64,000 nt of DNA from Salpingoeca rosetta (Eukaryota > Protista > Choanoflagellata). The notes beneath the pieces are model-generated. The model saw nothing but the letters and a program-made list of their open reading frames with translations, had not been told where the DNA came from and did not search any database. Below, piece by piece: positions 44,548 through 64,000 of this stretch. Location of the stretch: positions 706,402-770,401 of the forward strand of contig JAWQFM010000004.1 of NCBI GenBank assembly GCA_033442325.1. The letters run 5' to 3'. Every line of letters starts with the position of its first letter. Position 1 is the first letter of the stretch. The translations under genes were made by a program, and so were the position numbers.

Positions 44548-45975
44548 TTGAATCGTGATGAAAATGCACTTTGGGCCTTCCCTCCTTCCTGGCGGTCGCA
44601 GGAATTGGTGTTCACTGAAGAGTTCCCCGGCGGCGTGGTACGCGTCATACGACTCTGGTTCCTGAATGATGTGAGGCTCGAACAGCTGGAGTCCCGGACC
44701 CGGCGCCGGCGGCAGCGGCATCAGCAGCAACAACATCTGCATCAGCAGCAACAGGGACAGCAGCAACAGGGACAGCAGCAACAGGGACAGCAGCAGCAGC
44801 GGCGGCGGCGACAGCAGCACTGGAGACGGGAACAACACCGGCAACAGGACCAGCAACTGCATCAGCAGCATCAGGGGCAACTGCAACCGCAGCAACAGCC
44901 GCTTCAGCAACAACAGCTGCATCAGCAGCCGCAGCAGCAGCAACAGCTACATCATCAGCTGCAACAGCTGCATCAACAACAGCTGCAACAACCGCATCAG
45001 GAGCTGCATCAGCTTCAACTGCAGCATCAGCATCAGCTGCAACAGCAGCACCATCAACAACAGCCGCATCAGGAGATTCAGCCGCAGCAACTGCAACAGC
45101 TGCATCATCAGGAGCTTCAACTGCATCATCATCAGGAGCTGCAGCAGCCGCATCACCAACAACAACTGCATCATCATCAGGAGCTGCAGCAGCCGCATCA
45201 TCAACAACAACTGCATCATCATCAGCTGCAACAACTGCATCATCAGCTTCAACTGCAGCATCAGCATCAGCTGCAACAGCAGCACCATCAACAACATCCA
45301 CATCAGGAGCTGCAGCAGCAACAACAGCTGCATCAACAGCTGCATCATCAGGAGCTTCAACTGCAGCATCAGCATCATCATCATCATCAGCCGCAGCAAC
45401 TGCAACAGCTGCAACAGCCGCATCATCAACAACAACTGCATCATCATCAGGAGCTGCAACAGCCGCATCAGGAGCTGCAACTGCATCAGCAACATCAGGA
45501 GCAGCAACTGCAACAGCCGCACCATCAGGAGCTGCTGCTGCATCAGCTACATCAGGAGCAGCAACTGCAGCAGTGGAGACAGGAACAACAACACGCGCTA
45601 CATTGGAGACACCAGCAGCAGGAGCAACACTGGAGACAGCACCAACAACTGCTGCTGCTGCATCAGGAGCAGCACTGGAGACGGGAACAACAGCAGCAAA
45701 GACGACGGCGTCGGCGCCGGCGGCGCGAAACCCCTCCTCCTGTTGCTGACGAGGGCTTTGAAGAAGCCTCCGCTGACGAACACGCACAGCAGGAAGGCGC
45801 CGTCAATATCCGTCGCGCCCCTGGCCCTGCAAACACCAGCGGCAGAGGCGGTCATGCCCGTGGTGCCATTGGCCTCCTGCCCAACGGGAACGGTTCCAAC
45901 GCGGCCACCGTCCCGCTCGCCCCTGGGCCAGCCAACCCTCATCCTCATCCTCATCCTCATCACCATCCTCATTGA
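44548..45975 (+). other. Low-complexity CAG/CAT/CAA/CTG mosaic ORF (Q/H-rich or A/T/S-rich depending on frame); possibly a decayed gene
   Basis: About 1 kb of triplet mosaic, open in several frames, with unique-looking flanks and no ATG start. Confidence 0.4.
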
Positions 45976-46069
45976 TGTGAACGCCATCGTCTCGCCATTG
46001 ACATCGACAGAACCGCATCTCTCACGTAAGGAATGGCGATGACAGCAGCGCACCTGCCGTGGCCGACGG

Positions 46070-46135
<66 letters not shown>

Positions 46136-46159
46136 TATGTGTGTGTGTTTTGTGTGTCT

Positions 46160-46215
<56 letters not shown>

Positions 46216-46868
46216 TTGTATGTGTCTTGTATGTGTCTTGTGTGTGTCTTGTGTGTGTATGGGGGTAGGTAGGCAACCCAGTGAAGTGTGTGCTGATGGC
46301 CATGCCTTGCTCTCTTCACAGTTGCCTGCCTATGACAAAGTCTTGAGCAAGCCTACGGGCGTTGCTCCAACTGCCTGTGTTGTACTTGATGTGGTCTTAC
46401 GCTTGATGGGAAGGCGTATGTGCTTGTGTTCGTGCTCATGTGGAGATTGCGCCGCCCGCATGAGGCTGGAGCACAGTACACAATGGTGGAGGAAAGCCGG
46501 GACAGACAAGGAAGCGTTTATTGGTGCGTGAAGCCAAGAAAGTGCAAGGCACTGGCGAATAATACAGGGTGATAACAAAGTGCAAGCAAACAAGCGAGGA
46601 AAGGAAAGGAACTAAGGAAAGCGCGCAAAGAAGAGAAGAAGGGAGGGGCTAGCAGGTGGATGCACAAAAGCATACGAGCAGACGCATGCACTCACACACG
46701 CATACACTCACACACACACACATACTCACTCACTCACACACTCACACACTCACTCACTCACTCACTCACTTACCCACTCGCGCGCACACACACACACATA
46801 CACACACATTCACTCACTCACACACTCACTCACTCACTCACTCACTCACTCACTCACAAACCCGCGCA

Positions 46869-49060
<2,192 letters not shown>

Positions 49061-49096
49061 ACTCACTCGCCTGCAACGCTTCCTTCCTCGTCTCAG

Positions 49097-50170
49097 ATCC
49101 GTGCAGCGTTGCAAGGCTGATGAATCGTACATGCTGTGCACCGTCAAAGCCCCCATTGCCGCCTACCTCACTTTCGACGACGTTGTCTGCATCGCCAAGG
49201 AGCAAAAGGTGTGTGTGTGTGTGTCTGTAAGAAGCGTACCACTGCTGTGATCTACAACACTCATCATCACCTACATCCGACCTCATGCCCATGCACGCGC
49301 ATCACCATTTGTGTTGTCAGGGTCGTTAAGGTTGCCCCTTTCCCCGCGCCTCCGATGTCCGCCAACACCTCTGCCAGGTTTGCCTCATGTGCATTTGTGA
49401 GTGTGTTTGTGTGTGTCTGTGTGTGCGCGCGCATGTGTGCGTGCTGTGGTCGTAACAAACGCACCTCACCTGTGATCGTCCCTCAACCCTGTTCCTCTCC
49501 TCTCTCTCACGTCTGCTACTTCCCTCCCTCTCCCTTCCCCCCTCTCCTGCCCTCAGGACGCTGTTGCGCTTGGCCTCTCCCTCCTACCAACCACCGCAAC
49601 ACCGACACCGTCGAGGTCCTTGTCGACACATCCGATGGCCGGTGAGCCAGTGTAGCAGTGTGGTGTTGGGGTGTTGGGGGTGGAGATATGGTGTTGTGGT
49701 GCGTGCATGCACTCGTTTGGTGTTGACAAACATAATCGCACCTGCCCCAACGCTCATGCCAACCATCCAACGCGCGCAATAGTGTGGTGCAGTCATGACT
49801 TCATGGGGGTGAACCCGCGCATTCAAGCCGAGCACATCGTCGCGGAGATGGTGAGCTGTGGTGGTTCGGTGAAGCAGCACTGTTGATGGTGCTTTGTCCA
49901 CTTTGATGTTTGTGGCGTCTGTTCTGCTTCATTCCTCCCCCACCTCACTTACACTTCCTCCATCATCTCCTTCCTCTCCTTCTCCCTCCTTTATTCTTCC
50001 CACCAGGTGACTACTGGCGTTGACCTTGTGCAATCGCAGCTGAAGTTTGGTGGCGGCGCGACGCTGTAAGATGATTGAGTTCGAACAGGACGCAATTGCC
50101 ACCTGCGGATTCAGCATCCAGGTGCGCATCACCACGAAGGACCCGCTCAACGACTTTGCCCCCGATACAG
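49097..50170 (+). pseudogene. Pyruvate carboxylase biotin-carboxylase-domain fragment, decayed, introns retained
   Basis: CKADESY, PIAAYLTFDDVVCIAKEQK, VVKVAP, RNTDTVEVLVD, FMGVNPRIQAEHIVAEM, TGVDLVQSQ and IQVRITTKDPLNDFAPDTG correspond to PC motifs (AGTVEFLVD, EVNxRLQVEH, TTEDP) with catalytic Glu residues lost and frameshifts. Confidence 0.85.
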
Positions 50171-50349
50171 GTGCACATGCGCTTGCGTGCGTGTGTTTGG
50201 GAATGGGAGAGAGGGGATTCGAGAAGCTCGTTTCCTCTTGGGAAAGGGGCACCAGTGGCGGGTGTAACGTCCCCAAAGGCACGATGCTTCTCGTTCTCAA
50301 CACTTCTTACCCCTCGTCACCCATCATCACCCACGACCATGCGCAACAG

Positions 50350-51059
50350 TACGAGCCATTTACCCAGCAGCCGTCAGTGAGCCGCGAGCCGGAGCCATAC
50401 ACAACAGCAGCACAACCACCGGCACATGGCGACGAGGGAGAGGTTGATGAGGCGTCGCTTGGGCCGTTTGACGTGCTTGTGCACCACACGGGCATGCTTG
50501 AGCTGGTGCGCGCGCTCCTTGGGAAGCAGCAGGGCGTCATCAGCATCACACCACTGGACGAGCATCAGGGGCAGGTTGCCCGCGTCAGGTGAGCTGCTGC
50601 TGACTGGTTGGAGGTGTGCGGTAATGTTGAGGGATTGTAACCGGTTGAGGAGGTGTTCGTTGCATGCGAGGATCATGATGGAAATGACGACATGTGGTGG
50701 CGGGTAATGGCGCGAGGATGCGGCAGTCAAAATTGTGCAGTTCCTCTCGACATTCCGCACCGATACACCCTCAACTCACTCAAACACACACACACATGTG
50801 CAGCTGTGCGACGCGTGACGTTGGCGAGCGCATCCTGAGGGAGATGACGAACTTCCCGATTGGGCAGGTGCAGCTGACGGCCCGCCGCGACTCGGACTGC
50901 CCCGCCTGGACGGCGGACGAGCTGTGGTCCGTGTGGGTTGAGCCCGTGCCCGAAGGTCTCGAGGAGGTGCTGCCCTCGCTCGCCAAGGCAAACGGCGGCT
51001 TTCACTCGCACACGCACAAGCCGGACAGTCACCGCGTCAGGGGCACATTCAGGTCGGCG

Positions 51060-51125
<66 letters not shown>

Positions 51126-54100
51126 GTGTGTGTGTGTGTGCGTGTGTGTGCGTGTGTGTGCGTGTGCATGCACAGATGCTCCGTCAACTTCATTCTGCAT
51201 GAGCATGCGTGTCCTTCCCTCAACCAACCAACCCCCCTCCCCCTCCCTCGCAACAGGCTTGTGTCGCGGGAGAGTGCGGAGCTGATGGTCTGCCTGTACG
51301 ATTAGCGAGACTTGCTGGGCACGAAGCTGAACGTGTTCCCAGACCCAAAAGGCAAAGAACTGGAAGAGCAAGGGCAGAGGCTCCACATCCTCCTCCCCTG
51401 CCTCGCCAACATCCATCACGCCGACGCCTGTTGCGGCCAGGCAAAGTGCATCACATTCTGCCTGACCGAGGCAGCCAGGCAGCGTGACGGCAAAAGGCCT
51501 GCCTGTCGCCATGCCCTGGCCAACCGACACGTACCGCAGCGTGCAGGCGACGCTGGAGCACGCCGGCGTCAACGTCCAGTCGCTGCAGGTCTTCCCGGAC
51601 CTGCGCTGTGCAAGCGTTGACGTGGTCGCCGACAGCGAGGAGGCGTTCCGGAGCCTGCTGCCACTGCCCATTGACACGGCAGCGAGCGCCTGTCGTCTGG
51701 AGGCGCGCCAGGCACCGCTGCACCGCATTGTCGTCACGTGCACCTTGCACAGCAAGCCCACCACTGGCCGCGACATTGTGCAGGCGTCTGAGACGAACTC
51801 TGGCGGCACGGCGAAGCTTGTGCCCATCCCACAGTCCCTCAAGGACACGCTGTCCCGCACCCAGCCGTTTGCCAACACGCGCATGGCTGAACAACTACAA
51901 GAACAAAGGAGAACAACAGCAGGATGGTGGAGGTGGCAGTGAGGCACACAATGTTGCTGTCAAGCCCACGGCTGTGCACGACCCTCATCAGTACAAGAAA
52001 GAAGACGATGCTGACAGCGACGACAGCAAAAGCGGCGGCGCGTCCTCTGAGACCACGCTGCAGCGCGTGTTTGTGCTGGAGATGACAGACACGCGTGCGG
52101 CGCATGCGTACGTGCGCAAGATACAATTTGCCACCTCTGTCTCGCACACGTTTTTGGCGCGGCTGTGCCACCCGAACGACGTGCACGTGGCGGTGCTCGA
52201 CCCCAAGCTGGGCGGTCTCCTGTCGGACCTCGTCGACGCATTCAACAAGAGCAGCGTGGCCAAGGACCTTGATGTGCTGGCGGCTGCAACCACGGGCAAC
52301 CGCATCTGCTTCACAGGCAGCACTGCCGTGCTGGTGTGGTCGCAGGCCAAGCTGCTTGCAAGCTTCCTCGCGCCCGCCTTCCACCCGTTTGCCCGCAGCG
52401 ACCGCGTGCTGGGCGACGACAAGATCATGGAGCACGTCCTGAACGACTACGGCCTCAAGCTGGTGCGCTACCCGACGCTTGACCTGCTGCCCCACGCCGA
52501 CACGGCACACGGGGCCATGCGGGATGTGTGGCGTTTGTGCGGCCGCCGCCCGTCACCAGCACCCCGCCCATCGCATCGCCCGTGGCACCCCAGCAGGCGC
52601 TGATACACACGTGCGACCTGGACGGCGCCGCGTCATGCTGCTGGAGTACTCGCTGTACTACTACCTGGATCAGGACAGGGAGCGCGGGCTCAGCTACATC
52701 AACAGCACCGTCGGCGCCAACATCAAGTCGCAGATGAAGATCAGCGTCACGGGCATGCAATACCGCTTCCTACATTCGCAGCTGCTGGGGCTGGCCCGCA
52801 GGTTCCGCGTGTATGTGCGCAAGCCCAGCGCAGAGGACAGGGACGCGTGCGCCTCGAGCGTGCCCCTCAAGCGTGCCCGTGACCGTGGAGGGCATGCAAC
52901 GGCAGCTGACGGCGTTTGACAACGCGGTGCAGGACACGCTCAAGGACTACCTGTGCCACATGCTCGGCCTGCCGGTCATTGACACGTCGCACGTACTGGA
53001 GATGTCCGAGGCGGACGTCACCTTCCTGAAGCGCAAGCTGTTCAACTACCTGACCAAGGCCAGTCGCACGCTGTGCCGCAGCAAGGACGGCGTGGTGAGC
53101 TACGTTGCGCCACAGGACGTGATTGGCACGTCCTCTAAGCGCAACGTGTGGATGGTGGCTGGCCGCCGCGATGTGATGCAGACAGTCATCCCAACGACGG
53201 AGTCGACGTTCCGCACCATCGCCCACATTCAGCCCACGTGGTACGGGTGCCAGGTGCCCATGTCCGTGGCCAAGGAGCTGGTTGCTGGACAGCAAGCTGA
53301 AGCGGCTGCGCAAGAAGGCGTTGGTGCTGATGCCGGTTATACCGCATACGCGGGCGCTGCTTCGGCAAATTCTGCTGGGACTGCTGTTGCTATTTCCACT
53401 GCTTCTTCTGCTGCTGGCGGCGATGGGGTTGGCTTGAGTGAGCAGGCAGCGCACCCAGGAGTCGGATCACAACAGCGAGCACAGGGCACGTACGATTCTG
53501 GCAGGGGTGACAGCCTGTCGACTTCAGTGCCCACGCAGTGCCTTGAAGGACTGCGCAAGGAGATGGCGGCGGCGTCGGTGGTGCTGCTGCTGACCACGTA
53601 CGAGAGGCTGTTCCCGGCCAAGGTGAAGCAGGCCGTGTGGGAGGTGGAGCCATACCAGTACCACGCCATCAGCGAGACGCTGCCCGCGGTGCAGCTGCAC
53701 GCGTAGATTCGCGAGGGAAGCATCATCAACGACCGCGACATGAACGCCGAGACGAGCGGGCCGCCTTGCGGTACAACGAGGCGCGCGTGCCCACGTCCGG
53801 TGCGCTGGCCCTCTCGTCCAACATTGAGCACGTGCTGCATATGGTTGCGCCAAACTTTGCACCCGAGTTTGGCAACACGGTGACGCAGACGGCTGCGGAC
53901 CTGACGACGGCGTACCGCGCGCTGCTGAGGTTGGCGCGGGACAACAACATTCGCTCGCTTGCCACGTGCGCGCTCGGCTGCGGCGCCTTCCGCTGCTTGA
54001 GGTGATTGACGAGGTGGACCGCGACGGCACATTCTTTCTTCGACACCATCCGCGTGACCATCATCACCAAGGACGTGAGCACGCTGTCGGCGTTTAAGCA

Positions 54101-54387
54101 GACGTTTGAGAAGTACTATGGCGAGAAGGTGGGCAGTGGGCTGTATGAGGACCTGCAGCGCAGCGCACTGGATGGTTTGGTCGATGCGCCGGCCAGCTGA
54201 TCCCATCCACACGTGGCTGTACACGGACCCAACGTACACGGAGCCGCCCTCCAAGGCGGAGCTGCACAACAAGGCGGCGTGGAACGGGTTTACACACGAC
54301 GACACTCTGCTGATTGAGAACGGCTTCAACAAGCACCGGGCTGCCATCGCTGCTGAGCGCAAGCGCAGCAATGATGATGATGATGAC

Positions 54388-54427
<40 letters not shown>

Positions 54428-55650
54428 TTGGTGGTGGTGGTGGTGATGGCCAGAGCGGCAGCGTCGGCAAGCGCAGTGATGGCGGCGTTGCTGTGGAGCA
54501 TGTGCGCGAGATGCTCAAGTTGATGATGACCAAGCCGTGCGGGCGCTTCCCCGACAAGTTCCTGCACAAGGAGCACTACAAGATGAGTGAAGAGGAGGCC
54601 GCCTGCTTGGTTGCCGACGCCCGTGCAACTAACTGCGGCTGCGGAGGACGAGCGCAACATGCGCCGGACGGTTGAACCAGATGTTATGTGGCGGTGGCTG
54701 GAGTACAAGAACCGCAAGGCGTGGAAGTCGGCGCGCTTCTTCAAGATCAAACTGGTTGACCGCTACTTCACGGTGGACTTCCAGGACCACTGGGTGTACG
54801 TGAGTGGAGCACGTGGGCATGCACATGAACGACCTACGCCTGAGATTGAGCGCGTGCGGCGGGTGGTTGGACGAGCAGCGGTCGAAGCTGAAGCCACAGG
54901 CCATCTTTGAGATTCCTGACCGCTGGGACATGCGCAAGGGCCAGCTGCTTGTCGACGTAACCAACGAGGATGAGCTGGGCCGCGTGCGCGCCCTGTTGGA
55001 GCCGCTTCGCCCCCGAAACCTGCGCGTGCACCGTGTGCAGAACGTGCCACTGTTCAAGCGGTACTTGGAGAGCGTGCAGCGCGTGTACTGGCGGCCCGCG
55101 CCACCAAACCTGTCCAACGACATTGCGCCGCTCTCTGGCGACGACAACGACGACTACAACGTATTTGCGCACCGCCTGCTGCACGTTATCTGCAAGAGCG
55201 AGCTTGGCCTGACCATCAACTACGCCAGCGCGGAAGGCTACTTTGGCTCGGGCCTGTATTTCAGCCGCGACCCGTCGTTTGCTGTCAAGTATGGCCACCA
55301 CGAGGGCAGCACAACAGACAAAAACGACACCACCAGCGAGCGGTGCGTGTATGTCGATGTGTCGACGCCCCAGTTGAATGACGTTGCTGCTGGCGTTGCT
55401 GATCATGGTGTCACTCCAACTGCTGTTTCTGCTGCTGCTCGCCATGGTGACGAAGGAGAAGGAATTGGCCGAGTTGCCGCTGGTGAAGGGACCTCGGGTG
55501 GTGCTGAAGGTCCTGGTGGACGCACGACTGCTTTTGCTGCTGCTGGGAGCGTGCTATACGATTCCGTTCGCGGTTTCGACGGCGATACGGACATGTTTGT
55601 CATCTATGACAACGGCATGTGCTTCCCGGAGTACACCATCTCCTTTGCCG
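50350..55650 (+). pseudogene. PARP14-like macro-PARP (RRM/KH-like, macro, WWE, PARP catalytic), disrupted
   Basis: Macro: HVLHMVAP...LTTAYRALL...IRSLATCALGCGAF. WWE-like: WLY...WNGF...LIENGF and WRW. PARP: IPDRW...RVQNVPLFKRY...YFGSGLYFS...YDSV...MFVIYDNGMCFPEYTISF. In-frame stops at 51303, 53704, 54003 and 54198, plus frameshifts. Confidence 0.82.
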
Positions 55651-56984
55651 ATGATGCTGTTGATGTTGAGGAGGAAGTGGATGATGAAGAGGAGGAAGAG
55701 GAAGAAGAAGATGACGCGCCAGTCGTCTGGGAGCGTGAGAGTGATGGCGACCGTGGAGATGATGCTACTGCGGACGTGGAAGATGCTGGAGCGAGGGGCA
55801 TGCGACTCACGGCTGGGGATGAGGATGGTGATGGTCCACCACGTGATGGTGGTGATGGTCCACTACTTGATGGTGGTGCTGGTCACGGTGGCGATCAATC
55901 ACAACGACCCCTGCCACCCCAAAATGATGTTTCTGGTGATGATGGTGCTGTCGCTGAGAACAACGGCTACGGGGCGTACGGAATCAGAGGCAGCCCCCAC
56001 CCCAACAACAGCCCCAACATTAACAACAACAACCACAACATTCTTGGCAATGCCAGCAAACGTATTTGTCTCAGCCTTGGCTATCGTCAGGTCGCTGGTG
56101 CCTTCTTGAACGACTCAGCTAGGCTAGTGACAGTTGGGTTGGTTTGGTACGCCAGTTTGGTTGTCTCGCGTTATCGAGGCTGCGGAGCGGTTTGTTTCGT
56201 GGTGAGTGTTGTTCGTAGCGGGTGGTGTTGGCCTGCTTTGCGTTTGTTTTTCTTCCCTCCCCTTCCCTCCTGTTCTTTGTTGGTGTTGTTGTGCAAGACT
56301 GCACAACGCCGTTCGTCATTTACATTCCTTGCAGCTAACCAAGCTCGCGTTTGGACTTGCGTGCGGGATTGCGCACGTTTGTTGATTTGCGTGTGTGTGT
56401 GTGTGTGCGTGCGTGTGTGTGTGTATTTGTTCCTTGGACCATCTTTCCTTTTCTTCTTTGTCGTGTCTTATGTGAGGGAATACATGCTCGCACTCAGCGC
56501 ATTCGTTCTTGATTGAGTGTGCGCGTTGCTAACAAGCTTAACCGTGGCAGTTGTTGTGAACTAAACAATGCACGTGTGTGAACCGAACAATGAAGGTAGA
56601 GTGCGTTGGTGGAAGAGAGGGTGGGGGTGTATAAATGTGCGGTTGAATCCGTGTTGAACCCCATGCTGATGTAACGTGGATGGAAGTTCATTGGCATGCG
56701 TGCTGATGACCCGAAGAACTGCGATTGTCTTGTTGTACTGGAAGTGTTCTTTCTTCCCCGGCATGAACACTTCGTGTTCCACAGTTGTGGAACAGCTTCT
56801 TCCGCTATCCCAATGCACGTATTCGGTTGGGGGTTGAGTCGTTTCAGTTGGAAGCAAAAGAACGATGGGCAGCGTCAGGTGCACAGGAGGCATTGAAGGA
56901 GGAACATTGGGTGATGCAGGATGCAGTAACAATGGTGACGAAAACGAAAGAGGTGCAGAAAGGGCACACATATGTGCACACACA

Positions 56985-58870
56985 TACACACACACATCAG
57001 CATCCTGGGTCAATGACAAGGACAGACTGTGCAGAATGCGGGATGCCGTAGATGAGGCCGTTTGGAGCGAGCACCCCGTCGAACCACTTGTTGTTGCCGC
57101 TAAGACCGCTGATGGTCGTGGTGTCGGTGGTGTTTAAGGTTGGATCTAAGATGAGGACAGAATTTGAGCCATTTGGGATACCGATGATGTTGCCGTTGGG
57201 TGCGAGCACACCACCAACCCACTTTCGAAAGCTGGTTGCGGCTGCAATGACAAGCTCGTCGGTTGCGTTGGTGGCTGGGTTTATGACGAGTGTCGTTGCA
57301 ACACGGCCTGGGATGGTGTAGATGAGACCGTTGCGTGCAAGCACACCGCCGAACCACTTGTCGCTTGTGGAACCCAGGCCGCTAATGGTGGTGAGGTCCA
57401 TCGTGAGAGAGACAGGGTTGATGATGAGGACGCTTGTCGCATCCCGTGGAATGCAGTAGATGAGACCGTTGTCCGCTTGCACGCCATCGTACCATTTGTA
57501 CAGCTGGCTCGACAGCCCGGACAGCGTGGTGATGTCGGCTGTGTTGGTCTCGGGGTCGATGATCAGCACAGACGTGGCAGCCAGGGGGATGCCAAATATG
57601 AGGCCGTTTCTGGCCACCACACCACTGTACCACTTGCGGCCACGGGACCCGACTGAGTGGATGCTTGTGGTGTCAACCGTGTTGGTGTCTGGGTCGATGA
57701 TGAGCATCGTCTCCCTGTTTGAAGGGAACATGTAAATGAGGCTGTTGTGTGCCAACACAGCACCACTCCATTTGTCGTTGTCTGTTCCAAGCCCAGAGAT
57801 TGTGGTCGTGTCGACGTTGTTTGAGCTAGGGTCAATGATGAGAACAGAAGGGGAGTTGAATGGCGCGGCATAGATCAGACCGTTGTTGGCCAATACGCCC
57901 CCAAGCCATTTTGCACCCATTGAGCCGAGCTGGCCAAACGTCATGGCACGCCTCTTCAGATGGCAGAGCTCACCGTTGATGCTCTGCTGCGCCGACACGG
58001 TGCTCATCAACATGCTGAGCGTCTCGTGCACGTTCACACCATTCACAAACACGGGCTGGCTCATTGGATCGCTTGTGTTGATGTGAAACGCGCCCGCATC
58101 ATCCTCCTCCAGCGTCACCTCTCCAACAACGCTGCTGAGGAGCGGCATCCAGCACACTGCAACCGCCACCAGCACGGGAAGCAGCAACATCCCACGTGCC
58201 TGCAGGCACCCCATCGTTCTCACCATATAGGCAGAGAAGAAGTAGAAGAGAGGAGAAGAGGAGAAGAGTAGAAGGAGAAGTAGAAGTTAAGTGTGCCTCC
58301 CTCCTTCCTCGTTCTTGTGTCTGTTCGCAGGACAGGCGCAGCACCAAGAGAAGAAGAGAAGACAGGATTGGATTGTTTGTTGTTTGTTTGTGGCGTTTTG
58401 GCTGGTTGTGGTTGTGGACGATTGTTGGGAATCGTGCATTGGATTTCCAGCCACACACAAGCAAGCAAGTTCACTGTTGTGTGTGTGTGTGTTTGTGGAA
58501 AGGAAGCACGTTGAAACGCATCCATCCCTCCATCCCTCAGCCTTCCTTCCATCCTTCCTTCCTTCCTTCCATCCTTCCTTCCAGCGGCCTTGCCTTCATC
58601 AGCTCATCACTGGACCAACAAGGACAGAGCACACACGGCACACGATGTCGGTGTCTTGCTGTGTTGCACTCCACAGCTTCATCACGCAGTGCAAAACAAG
58701 GGGGTGAATTGAACGCATGTCAAGGAGGCAGGCATCGTGACTGAAGAATACCCTTGCACCCACAGGTGCGTGTGTGTGTGTGAGTGTGCGTGAGGTCATT
58801 CCATTGCATTGCATTGCTCACCCTCGTCTACGCAACACACGTAAACGCATACGCACACATACATCACACA
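56985..58870. repeat. Segmental duplication, copy B
   Basis: Direct repeat of 47480-49060. Confidence 0.9.
56997..58226 (-). CDS. Secreted 7-repeat beta-propeller protein, paralogue 5 (intact, intronless)
   Basis: 409-aa ORF: signal peptide, EDDAGAFHINTSDP motif, short stalk, seven repeats, PGC*. Confidence 0.88.
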   Translation of the reverse strand: MVRTMGCLQARGMLLLPVLVAVAVCWMPLLSSVVGEVTLEEDDAGAFHINTSDPMSQPVFVNGVNVHETLSMLMSTVSAQQSINGELCHLKRRAMTFGQLGSMGAKWLGGVLANNGLIYAAPFNSPSVLIIDPSSNNVDTTTISGLGTDNDKWSGAVLAHNSLIYMFPSNRETMLIIDPDTNTVDTTSIHSVGSRGRKWYSGVVARNGLIFGIPLAATSVLIIDPETNTADITTLSGLSSQLYKWYDGVQADNGLIYCIPRDATSVLIINPVSLTMDLTTISGLGSTSDKWFGGVLARNGLIYTIPGRVATTLVINPATNATDELVIAAATSFRKWVGGVLAPNGNIIGIPNGSNSVLILDPTLNTTDTTTISGLSGNNKWFDGVLAPNGLIYGIPHSAQSVLVIDPGC

Positions 58871-59129
58871 TTGCTTCATATGACACGTGCTCACGCATCG
58901 TCTGCCTCTCTTCCATCACCCCCAGCCTGTGCTGATGTACCTCACCTCCTCTCGTGTCTTGCGTCGCATCTGACGTCGTGTCGCTCTCGTCCTCCCGCCA
59001 CCTTCACCACGCTGCCTCGTGCCTCTGTGAACATAGTGTCCATGCAGACAAGGACGCACACAGGTGCACCTGATGTACGTGTGTGATGCAGCTGTCCCTC
59101 TCTGTCCAAGACACTCCCCAGCCACTGCT

Positions 59130-63440
<4,311 letters not shown>

Positions 63441-64000
63441 CCACTGGTCGTGGCGCGTGGCCACCTGTCCAGCGACACCAACGCCGGAGTGCACACGATC
63501 CGCCAAAGCACCAGCGTCCACGTCTCGGAGATCCAATCCATCGCAACAGCCACCACTTCGTCACTTTCTCCTGTGCTCCTGTGGCATCATTTTGGCGAGG
63601 GCGATGGCTTCATCGGTACCATCAGCGTGTCTGCGAGCGGAGACCAGCACCTGCTTTTATCGGAAGGCCGGTAGTTTTGGCAGTGTACAGCCTGACCTCC
63701 TCCTCCTCCTCGTCGCTGCGCGTGTCCCTGATCCACAGCCCTCTTGCAGCAGTGCACTCCTGGCCGCTGCCGGTTATGGTGGCGCAACGTATTTGGGACT
63801 TGGACAAGCCCTTGTCGTGTGGCCGCTCCGCCGCCCTCCGTTTGGTGGCCAGCACGATCGATCAGAGGCAACAGCGGGGGTGTGCACCAGCCCTGCGATG
63901 GTAAGCGCGTCCTGACCGCGTACACCCTGGAGCAGTGGAACACGACATGTGTTGTCATTGTGCAGTGGAGCACGCGAGGCTGGCAGCCCATCACTCAGCA

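Noticed and set aside
56561-57019. Minus-strand 152-aa ORF downstream of paralogue 5
   Set aside because: No recognisable motif or supported gene structure.

Overview
This is eukaryotic, GC-rich, intron-dense DNA saturated with (GT)n/(CA)n microsatellites and containing a metazoan-type tyrosine kinase. That combination suggests a choanoflagellate such as Salpingoeca rosetta (inference). Most ORFs in the supplied track are microsatellite noise, so I rebuilt genes by hand from GT-AG sites and exon phase. From 1 to 43 kb the window holds: a serine carboxypeptidase 5' exon; a Maf/YhdE pyrophosphatase; an 18-exon, ~2770-aa gene (degenerate atypical kinase, ankyrin, PI4K-like atypical kinase, LRR, TBC1D24-type TBC, tyrosine kinase); a headless phospholipase B; a small membrane protein; a stand-alone FAS-type acyltransferase lacking its catalytic Ser; two intronless secreted 7-repeat beta-propeller genes; a divergent eIF4E; SCAF4/8; ELP6; an EF-hand protein; and an internally deleted SPATA5L1/AFG2B. 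From 44 to 64 kb the sequence is unstable: three more propeller paralogues (one intact, one deleted, one fragment), a ~1.6-1.9 kb segmental duplication, and decayed intron-containing copies of pyruvate carboxylase, a macro-WWE-PARP and a P1B Cu-ATPase. The best candidates for something new are the three-kinase-fold/TBC fusion protein and the diversifying secreted propeller family. All family assignments come from motif recognition; no searches were run.
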